Positions 57,154 through 64,000 of a stretch of DNA of 64,000 nucleotides are shown in pieces. The notes beneath the pieces are model-generated. The model saw only the letters and a program-made list of their open reading frames with translations. It ran no database searches and was not told where the DNA came from. The translations under genes were made by a program, and so were the position numbers. Origin of the DNA: Patescibacteria group bacterium. Lineage in GTDB: Bacteria > Patescibacteriota > Minisyncoccia > Phycocordibacterales > PALSA-1337. Location: positions 785 through 64,784 of the forward strand of contig JAGWWT010000004.1 in assembly GCA_018970245.1 (NCBI GenBank). The letters are read 5' to 3'. Each line of letters begins with the position of its first letter. Within the stretch, counting starts at the first letter, position 1.

Positions 57154-57512
57154 ACTTAACCAAGCCGATTGAGGTACGAATTGTCCGCCAGCTCTCGTAT
57201 GAGAACGGCGATAAATTTTACACCACGGGCGTTTACAGCATTTCAGAACTGGCCCACGGCAAAATAATCAACGGGAGGCTTAAATCGGGTGCGCTCTCCG
57301 CCAGCCCGGAGCGACATCATCCAACGTTCACGACCGATGATGAAGAGGCGGCTTATTATCGACTTTTCAACGCTGCGCCGAAGATGCTGGCAATGCTGAA
57401 AGAAATCGGCGCAGTCTCTCGCGGCGTTACCGTGAAAAGTCATTGGCCCAAAGATTTTGCGGAACGAGTGTCGCGGCTCATCGCCGAAATAGAAGGGAAG
57501 AGCGGCCAATGA
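57138..57512 (+). CDS. Hypothetical protein
   Basis: RLFNAAPKMLAML motif. Confidence 0.6.
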   Translation: MPEAIDLTKPIEVRIVRQLSYENGDKFYTTGVYSISELAHGKIINGRLKSGALSASPERHHPTFTTDDEEAAYYRLFNAAPKMLAMLKEIGAVSRGVTVKSHWPKDFAERVSRLIAEIEGKSGQ

Positions 57513-57907
57513 CACTAAAGCAGATCGAGGAAAGCGCAGAAGGCGGCCATATCACATTCCAAGGCGTGAGCTATCAGGATGCAGAGTCTTTCTTATGCTC
57601 CAGGTTCGGCTTCTGTGGATGCGGCTCTCCCGAAAAGGCGTTGGAGTACATGCTCCGAATAATGGGGGCGCTGGAATATCAAGAAGTTGCCATATCAACG
57701 CAGTCTGGCCTTTATCCGGACTGGAATAAGTTCTTTAACTCAGAAGAGGAGCGAATGGTAATATTTTACCTACTCGATGATAAAGGGCTTACCACGCACG
57801 GAACCGGGCTATCCACTGGCGGTTGGCTTACGCTGGAAGGGAGACAGGTACTTGATTGGCTAAGAGAGTGGAAACGACAACAAACCGTAGAAGGGAAGAG
57901 CGAATGA
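57509..57907 (+). CDS. Conserved phage protein
   Basis: GFCGCGSPE, YLLDDKGLTTHG, GWLTLEG. Confidence 0.7.
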   Translation: MTLKQIEESAEGGHITFQGVSYQDAESFLCSRFGFCGCGSPEKALEYMLRIMGALEYQEVAISTQSGLYPDWNKFFNSEEERMVIFYLLDDKGLTTHGTGLSTGGWLTLEGRQVLDWLREWKRQQTVEGKSE

Positions 57908-57936
57908 AATCCATTCCGACGACGTAGTACCGTATT

Positions 57937-58233
57937 ATGACTGAACTCACCCCCAACGAACGTACCCGGCTCGAAACCATGCACGCGAGCCGATTGAAGG
58001 GCAATCCTCGCGCATGGACCTTAGACGAGGACCTGCTGCTCATCGAATTAAAACGCCAGCGCATACCGCTGGCCATCATTCGCCTGTCCTTCCCCAAGCG
58101 TAACCGCTATGCGATCATCGGCCGCATTAGCACACTGGAGGAAATAGGTATCACGGGACTCGCACGTAAACACAAACCAAAACCCAAACCCCCAGAAGAA
58201 AAAGGATGGCGATGGGTGCCGCAAAATTGGTAA
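57937..58233 (+). CDS. Myb/HTH-like protein
   Basis: WTLDEDLLL..FPKRNRYAIIGR. Confidence 0.55.
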   Translation: MTELTPNERTRLETMHASRLKGNPRAWTLDEDLLLIELKRQRIPLAIIRLSFPKRNRYAIIGRISTLEEIGITGLARKHKPKPKPPEEKGWRWVPQNW

Positions 58234-58607
58234 TGGACAAACCTGAATTCCAGCAAACCGAAGGCTTCCAGCCGCAGTTTACCGACTTCGAGCGGTTCAT
58301 GTTCGCGCTCTATGCTTACAGCCAAGGCATCGAGGAGTTTAATGCCAAGGTACGGGCTATCATGAATTTACGCCGGTATCCGGATAAAGAGACGGTATTC
58401 GCTCGTGATGACGGCTCACTCGAAGGGCAATTCAAGCGATTAAAACGGCTGGCTACCGATGCGGAAAATCTATACAAAAAATGCAATTTAGCTTTACTAC
58501 CGAATGGCGCACCACCGAAATTCGAGATTTCGAGCGAGAGTGCTACGACCCTCGTGATTTCGCCAGAATCTGCGATGGATTTCAGCGGGCCTTTCATCGA
58601 GAGTTAG
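58233..58607 (+). CDS. Hypothetical protein
   Basis: MDKPEFQ; TAATG coupling. Confidence 0.55.
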   Translation: MDKPEFQQTEGFQPQFTDFERFMFALYAYSQGIEEFNAKVRAIMNLRRYPDKETVFARDDGSLEGQFKRLKRLATDAENLYKKCNLALLPNGAPPKFEISSESATTLVISPESAMDFSGPFIES

Positions 58608-58612
58608 AAGAG

Positions 58613-59011
58613 ATGCAGGCGCTCAAGAATTGGGCCGCCGAGCAATCTGACGCAACGGGTGTGGCGCTGGACACGATCCTTGCCGACGCCGGCAAAGAGT
58701 TCGCACCTATCGTGCGTAAATCGAATTTCCTGCAAGAACGCAGGAAAGAAATCGAAGCACGTATGGCCGCTCGGCGCGGGGAGCAAAACCCATTGCTTAC
58801 GCAACCGCTGCCCGAGAACAAAGACCAGCGTATTCTGGCCGAACCCGAGTACATGGTACTCTTGAATGACGATCTTTCGGATCCATCGCATTATTCCACA
58901 CCGCTCGCCAAACACGTAGCACGCCAGAACCGGGCCAAGCTCGATCGAGCGACCGCTACTGTAGCGGCGGCAGAAGAAAAATCCAAAGCATTGAAAAGGA
59001 GAGGAAGATGA
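58613..59011 (+). CDS. Hypothetical protein (may be frameshift extension of previous ORF)
   Basis: MQALKNWAAEQ; frame open from 58481. Confidence 0.5.
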   Translation: MQALKNWAAEQSDATGVALDTILADAGKEFAPIVRKSNFLQERRKEIEARMAARRGEQNPLLTQPLPENKDQRILAEPEYMVLLNDDLSDPSHYSTPLAKHVARQNRAKLDRATATVAAAEEKSKALKRRGR

Positions 59012-59199
59012 GCATTTTTGATGAAATTACTCAGGTCGGCTTATACGTGCCGCCAACTGGTCCATTTGGTATCGGCAACCATGACGATCGGGCCGATGCG
59101 CTGTTCTACGCGCTGAAATGCCTACCACGCATTCGCTGGTATCATAGGGCGTGGCGATGGCTGAAAAACCTTTTCAAACACAAAGGCCCGGCAGGATAA
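59008..59199 (+). CDS. 63-aa protein carrying a terminase-like C-terminal motif
   Basis: NHDDRADALFYAL; ATGA coupling. Confidence 0.55.
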   Translation: MSIFDEITQVGLYVPPTGPFGIGNHDDRADALFYALKCLPRIRWYHRAWRWLKNLFKHKGPAG

Positions 59200-59216
59200 A
59201 ACCTACCGGACCTTTT
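59182..59216 (-). terminator. Terminator between convergent modules
   Basis: AAAGGTCCGGTAGG/CCTGCCGGGCCTTT (GU pairs on minus strand). Confidence 0.7.
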
Positions 59217-59249
59217 GGAGTTAGAAAGGAGCTATACCAATGAAGAAAC

Positions 59250-59807
59250 CTATGCGGAATGCACCGATCCCCAGTATGCTGCAAGAGCACAGAAGAACGT
59301 GTAGCTCTTACCCGCAGCGATAGTCACCGCGGCGTTCTGCGCACCGGCGTCGATGTACTCACCTGTCGCCGGATATACGTCCAGCGTGTGAGCACCGGCA
59401 TTTTGTACCGTTATCTCCGCTCCCGGCGTGCCCGCAGGCAGCTTTACGCTATCACCATCCGCTGCCACGGTCGCCACTCGGTTAAGTGTGGTCGTAAGCG
59501 GTACGGCACTCGCCTGACCCCCGCCCGAATGAGCGGTGATGCCATTCGTGAAGCTTAGGGTGGGTAGTAGCGTACTTAGCCCAGCCGCACGCGAGGGGAA
59601 ATGATTCGAGCCGAAGTTAGCTGGAATGTAATTCCCATTGCCGTCAATATACGGCGGATCGCACAGCCACGCCTCGTCCACCTGCGTTCCGTCCGCCAAT
59701 GCACCATTGGCTACCACATCATTGTAGATCGTGCTATTGGCATCGGCCACGCCATATAGCGGATAACCGGGCGAACCGAGTTTCGTATAAACACATACTT
59801 TTGCCAT
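59250..59807 (-). CDS. Fibre/head-decoration protein without signal peptide
   Basis: GITAHSGGGQASA..GDSVKLP..ITVQNAG..VYPATGEYID..W. Confidence 0.7.
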   Translation of the reverse strand: MAKVCVYTKLGSPGYPLYGVADANSTIYNDVVANGALADGTQVDEAWLCDPPYIDGNGNYIPANFGSNHFPSRAAGLSTLLPTLSFTNGITAHSGGGQASAVPLTTTLNRVATVAADGDSVKLPAGTPGAEITVQNAGAHTLDVYPATGEYIDAGAQNAAVTIAAGKSYTFFCALAAYWGSVHSA

Positions 59808-59836
59808 AATTGAAAATCTCCTTGAAGGTTAAAAAG

Positions 59837-60523
59837 TTATTGGTAATGACAGTAAACAGCGATCGACGCAGTTTCTTTCGTTGCTACAGCCGCCGTGGTT
59901 TTATGCCAGTAAAGAGTGGCCCCAGCGACGATAACATGCCGCGGTGATACGAGCGAGGCTGCGGCGCATTGCGGCGAACCCAGTGATGGATTTGCGCTCG
60001 ATACGATGTCGTCGTATGCGCCTGCGGCAGTGCCCACCTTGGTCGTAGAATTACTCGTGTATCCCGCCGTATCGTTACCACCCGTAATCACCACTCCGTC
60101 GATCACTACATTACCACCATGCGGCGTGAAGATAGCGACCAAACCCGTATCGGTCTGATCGACAGAATTCACCGTGTACTTTAATTCATTGGTCGCAGCG
60201 TTAATATACCCATCGACCGTCGATTGCGAGGCCACCGGAAGACTTGCGACGAAGGTTACCGGCCCCGTAATAAAATGCGCGGAATCTGCGGCTGTGATCT
60301 TGCTGGCACTATAGGCCTGGTCTGTGCCGATTATGCCGCCGTTAGTCGTGGCCGCGGTCCACGCGCTATCCACATACGCATCGGTCTGCGAAATGCCGTA
60401 CACAATATCGCCGCCGATACCCGTGGATGTCGGGACCAATGGCTTGTAGATAATGCGCGTGGTCTGCGCTTGAGCAAGGAGCGGCAGAGCCAAGAGCGCC
60501 ACCGCGAGAAGAAGTCGTTTCAT
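59837..60523 (-). CDS. Exported spike-like beta-sandwich protein
   Basis: MKRLLLAVALLALPLLAQA|QTTR. Confidence 0.75.
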   Translation of the reverse strand: MKRLLLAVALLALPLLAQAQTTRIIYKPLVPTSTGIGGDIVYGISQTDAYVDSAWTAATTNGGIIGTDQAYSASKITAADSAHFITGPVTFVASLPVASQSTVDGYINAATNELKYTVNSVDQTDTGLVAIFTPHGGNVVIDGVVITGGNDTAGYTSNSTTKVGTAAGAYDDIVSSANPSLGSPQCAAASLVSPRHVIVAGATLYWHKTTAAVATKETASIAVYCHYQ

Positions 60524-60531
60524 GATTGGTC

Positions 60532-60951
60532 TTAGTTAAGAATAACAGTGAAGTCGAACTCCTTGACGATAGTGTCCTGGCCGTTCGGGTTGGTAAAAAC
60601 AACAGTCGCGTGATATACTCCTGCAACGTGGGGCGCGTTGAACAGGAATATCGGCACGGTGGGGGCGGTCGAGTAGATAACGAAGGGTAATGGGTATTGG
60701 TTCTTCGCAATACCACCCTGCCAGATAGTAGGGTCTGGACCGGTAATAGATACCGTCAAACTTGGCAGTGAGTTCTGGCCACCGCCATCCAGCCCCGTAA
60801 GCGATTGCCCATTCGTGTATCCCGCGCTGATCCAGTTCAACGCCGTGTAAACTGGTGACGACGGATTCGTAAAATCCGCAGTCACCACGCCGTTCGGTAG
60901 CCGGATGGCCACCTTGTCCGAATTTGCACCGTCTGTGTAAAAATATTTCAT
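60532..60951 (-). CDS. Ig-like (BppU-like) structural protein
   Basis: AGVYHATVVFTNPNGQ..FDFTV; no signal peptide. Confidence 0.6.
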   Translation of the reverse strand: MKYFYTDGANSDKVAIRLPNGVVTADFTNPSSPVYTALNWISAGYTNGQSLTGLDGGGQNSLPSLTVSITGPDPTIWQGGIAKNQYPLPFVIYSTAPTVPIFLFNAPHVAGVYHATVVFTNPNGQDTIVKEFDFTVILN

Positions 60952-61106
60952 GGCATGTACATATCGATCGGTGGCTGCGCTTTCATCTCAAGGTCAACGA
61001 TGATCGCCCCATCCATCGAGTCTAATTCCGTTTCATATCCAGCACCGGGTTCTATGCCACCCAATGGCGCGGCCCCGGATTCCGATGATACTTGTGTGTC
61101 TGGCAT
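60948..61106 (-). CDS. 52-aa acidic protein (not in ORF track)
   Basis: MPDTQVSSESG...PPIDMYMP; ATGA overlap with next gene. Confidence 0.5.
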   Translation of the reverse strand: MPDTQVSSESGAAPLGGIEPGAGYETELDSMDGAIIVDLEMKAQPPIDMYMP

Positions 61107-61109
61107 ATC

Positions 61110-63302
61110 CTAATAACTTCGCCATGCGGCATCCAAATACAAATACTTGCCGATCGCGCCGGAGGCGATCACGGTGCCGGTTGTCGCATAGGCGGTATTG
61201 TTGAAAATAAAAAGGATTTGTCCATCGGTGCCGCTGGGCATCGTTATAGCGAAGGCTGCGGTCTCCGTACCCTCTTCGATCTTTACAATAGATGCGCCGG
61301 GTATGGTGATGCCGGCATTGTTGGCTTCTACGGTGTCGGGAACCCAAATCCATTGAGGCATTCCATTGTTCAGTGAGCCGCCCGCTGTGTAGTTAACGAG
61401 CTTCGCATCGGAGCCTAATGCCGAAATGCTTCCTACCTGTTGCAAGCTTTGAAGCGTTGTGCCGGATGAGCCGGGAATAGGCAAGTCGAATTTTAGCGCA
61501 CCGGGAGTTCCGGTTCCCGTGCCTTTACCAGATGCAATCGTTACGGAGCCTCCCGCGAGATTCGTTCCGTTTGCGCCGGAGCCGTTGATGGTATAGCTGA
61601 CGCCCGCCGAACCACTGTAGGCTGTAATTCCAGAGCCATAATAAACATTCGTAATGTGCCCGTTCCCGTTGACATCGTCGCCGCCAGCCACAAAGACATT
61701 CGACTGCCCATGCGACATCCCCTGATTATAGGCGCTGTAATATCCGAGAAAAATATCGCTTGAGCCAGTCCAATCGTCCAGGCCGGCATAATCGCCTACC
61801 GCAGTATTGTACTGACCGAATCCAACCGCTGCTCCGAGGTTACCGAGTGCACCGTAGCCAATTGCAGTATTAAAACTGTCAGATTGCGGCGTGTAAAGCG
61901 CGTTGTAGCCCAAGGCTGTATTATAGCTTCCAGTTGTACATTTGCCGAGTGACCCAGTACCGAATGCACTATTGTTTATTCCCGCTGTATTCGCATTGAG
62001 AGCGCCTTCGCCGAATGCACTTAAAGAGGCACCGGACGTGTTGGCCTGAAGCGCGGCGTACCCCATAGCTGTGTTGTTTGACCCGGTATTGTTATAAAGT
62101 TCCTGATAGCCGACTGCGCAATTATACGAACCCGTCGCCGCGTGGAGGGCTTGATACCCGACGGCGGTGTTGTATTGACCGCTGTATGCACTCTTGAGCG
62201 CTTCATAGCCTACAGCCGTGTTTCCACTGCTTCCATAGGCAGCGCTCAGAGCATAATAACCGACAGCCGTATTACCCGACCCCGCACCTAAATTTGCGAG
62301 CGCGTTCGAGCCTATGGCGGTGCTTCCCGCTGCACTTGGCGTATTACCAGCGAGCGCCTTATACCCAACGGCTGTAATATCAGTTCCCGCCGTTACCGTG
62401 TGTGCCGCCAAATCACCTATCGCGGTGTTATCCGCGCCCGTGGTTGAGGCGCTCGCTGCGCCGCCAGCATACCAGCTTGTGCTCACTCCATAATTCGTTC
62501 CGGGTAGCGCACTCCACACTGGCGCTTGTGCGGTTCCTGTCGTTGCGGTAGAGGTTAGCGATTCGATATAATTATTCGTATTGCCCGCGAGCCGCGCCGC
62601 CGTCGGTGTCGCATTCTCGTAGATAATATCGCCGAGCGTTGTCATTGGATTTGTCATTCCACCGCCGCCCGTCGGTACATGCAGCGCCGTATCTGCTACG
62701 TGCGCGGCCCGTGACGAATCGGCATAGCCTGCGTGCTCGGCGGAGTCCAGCACCAGCGCGTGGTTCACTGTTTTTGCGGTGTCTGCGAAATGGGCTTTAG
62801 CGGCAGTGTCGGCATAATGCGCGAGCTTTGAAGTATCGGCGAAGTGTGTAACTTTGCTGGTGTCCGCAATATGGGAAGCTCGCACAGAATCGACCGAGCC
62901 GCCGCTTGCCGTCACCCAGCGCGGAGCGAAGACATCACCGAAGGAAGTCCACACTTTCGCTGAGTCTGAATGCCGAGAAAATGTCGAACCCGCTACCGTA
63001 TATTGCCACAAGGAATCGCTCGCAACGGAAAAGAAATCCACTTGGGTATAGGGTCCATTCACCAGGCTTGCGAGCGTCCGTCCATTGATCTTCTGCGCGA
63101 AATAAACTGGCGTATCGCTGAAGGTATGGTGAAGTTTGAGATAGCTCCATACCGAGTCAACATTCGTATTGTTGTTTGGTGAGTAAAGAACGAGAGCCGC
63201 TGTCTGCTGCTGTGCTTGCTGAAGGCGTGCCCATTTGATGCCCTCGTATTGTGCGTGGGCAGTCGTCGCTATGAGCAGGATGAGCAGGGGAAGACGGCGC
63301 AT
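61110..63302 (-). CDS. Exported trimeric fibre with YadA-head-like repeats
   Basis: Likely start MRRLPLLILLIATTAHA|QYEG (TAATG overlap); AxxADT(S/A) repeats; many NTA(V/I/L)GYxAL repeats. Confidence 0.85.
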   Translation of the reverse strand: MRRLPLLILLIATTAHAQYEGIKWARLQQAQQQTAALVLYSPNNNTNVDSVWSYLKLHHTFSDTPVYFAQKINGRTLASLVNGPYTQVDFFSVASDSLWQYTVAGSTFSRHSDSAKVWTSFGDVFAPRWVTASGGSVDSVRASHIADTSKVTHFADTSKLAHYADTAAKAHFADTAKTVNHALVLDSAEHAGYADSSRAAHVADTALHVPTGGGGMTNPMTTLGDIIYENATPTAARLAGNTNNYIESLTSTATTGTAQAPVWSALPGTNYGVSTSWYAGGAASASTTGADNTAIGDLAAHTVTAGTDITAVGYKALAGNTPSAAGSTAIGSNALANLGAGSGNTAVGYYALSAAYGSSGNTAVGYEALKSAYSGQYNTAVGYQALHAATGSYNCAVGYQELYNNTGSNNTAMGYAALQANTSGASLSAFGEGALNANTAGINNSAFGTGSLGKCTTGSYNTALGYNALYTPQSDSFNTAIGYGALGNLGAAVGFGQYNTAVGDYAGLDDWTGSSDIFLGYYSAYNQGMSHGQSNVFVAGGDDVNGNGHITNVYYGSGITAYSGSAGVSYTINGSGANGTNLAGGSVTIASGKGTGTGTPGALKFDLPIPGSSGTTLQSLQQVGSISALGSDAKLVNYTAGGSLNNGMPQWIWVPDTVEANNAGITIPGASIVKIEEGTETAAFAITMPSGTDGQILFIFNNTAYATTGTVIASGAIGKYLYLDAAWRSY

Positions 63303-63778
63303 TACAGCAGAATGCCGACAAAGACGATATGCACCTTCCATCCCGCCGCACCCCATGATACGGCGTAAATTTTTGTTCCGGCAACGGAATAAACAGGAGT
63401 TCTGGGCGACCCAGACAAGCCCATGCTATTGCTCGCCTGCGGACCCCATACGCTATGAGATCCAGCGTCGGAGGCATCTATTGTAGTCTTCGCATCGTAA
63501 TCAACGTAGGAGCCACCAGATGTTCCAAGCTCGATTGTATCCGTTGTCTTCGTTCCCCCCGCAGTATCGGTTACCTGGAAATACCACGAGAACCCCGCCA
63601 ACGTTCGTCCGCTTGGCACGGTGTAAACGAGAATCGTATCAGGCGTCGTAGTGGTGATGTCGTTCGATGACCACACCCATCCCGGCCCAGAAGGAGCCTG
63701 ATCCGCGCGTTGCCACTCCTGTGCATGTACGAGTGATGGAAGAAATACTATCGCTAAAAGAATAAAGAGTTTTTTCAT
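63302..63778 (-). CDS. Exported spike-like beta-sandwich protein
   Basis: MKKLFILLAIVFLPSLVHA|QEWQ; resembles C-terminus of 59837-60523. Confidence 0.75.
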   Translation of the reverse strand: MKKLFILLAIVFLPSLVHAQEWQRADQAPSGPGWVWSSNDITTTTPDTILVYTVPSGRTLAGFSWYFQVTDTAGGTKTTDTIELGTSGGSYVDYDAKTTIDASDAGSHSVWGPQASNSMGLSGSPRTPVYSVAGTKIYAVSWGAAGWKVHIVFVGILL

Positions 63779-63796
63779 CGTTGTGTCCTTAAAAAA

Positions 63797-64000
63797 TTAC
63801 CAGGAAACCCAGTTCGATCCAGTATAATACAATCGCTCCACCGCGCCATTGGTCGAGAGTACGACGCCAGAGCTACCCGCTGTGCCGTCGATCGTCGAGC
63901 CATCAGTCGTTTTGATCGTGATGTTATGCGTGGCCGCTTCGCGCGTCTCGTCCTTTATCACTACAAAATATCCGGCAGTTAGTCCTGTAGCAGGCAAGTC
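63797..64000 (-). CDS. Tail-fibre C-terminal domain (5' partial)
   Basis: LPATGLTAGYFVVIKDE..NITI..TIDG..LYYTGSNW. Confidence 0.75.
   Translation of the reverse strand, partial: DLPATGLTAGYFVVIKDETREAATHNITIKTTDGSTIDGTAGSSGVVLSTNGAVERLYYTGSNWVSW

Larger units (their letters stand above)
1..64000. mobile_element. Tailed dsDNA bacteriophage genome (podovirus-like), near complete, probably circularly permuted
   Basis: Terminase, portal, capsid, lysis and replication modules; no host housekeeping context; minus-strand fibre genes run off both window ends. Confidence 0.93.

Noticed and set aside
61110-63302. Bacterial trimeric autotransporter, i.e. host DNA
   Set aside because: No C-terminal beta-barrel anchor; embedded among phage fibre-type genes
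1-64000. CRISPR array or diversity-generating retroelement
   Set aside because: No regularly spaced repeats, reverse transcriptase or TR/VR pair seen by eye
1-64000. Stop-codon reassignment
   Set aside because: Long core genes are intact in code 11 and end in TAA, TAG and TGA with tight coupling
63990-64000. Direct circular join of base 64000 to base 1
   Set aside because: The two partial fibre frames would be out of phase, so sequence is missing between them

Overview
The window looks like a near-complete tailed dsDNA phage genome with a podovirus-type morphogenesis module. A minus-strand late block (1-32.4 kb, continuing at 59.2-64 kb, so probably circularly permuted) carries TerS/TerL, portal, scaffold, major capsid protein, five paralogous ring/adaptor proteins, a split nozzle gene, ejection proteins (one of 2086 aa), a GH108 lysis cassette and fibre genes. 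A plus-strand block (32.8-59.2 kb) carries DnaB, a DUF4373-type initiator with internal iterons, SSB, an SMC-like ATPase, a beta clamp, RusA and many small accessory ORFs. I saw no integrase, DNA polymerase, RT or CRISPR array. The host is inferred to be FCB-group (Gln after signal peptides, TTG-N19-TAnnTT promoters, yet SD usage). Most notable: (1) four fibre/spike-like proteins with Sec signal peptides, +1 Gln and many Bacteroidota-type D(S/T)X O-glycosylation sequons; (2) a conserved leader/attenuator at the head of three late operons; (3) tandem XerCD dif-like sites next to a DnaA-box cluster; (4) a small phage gene overprinted inside the giant ejection gene; (5) several structured non-coding RNA candidates. 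All family assignments come from motif recognition by eye, not database searches.
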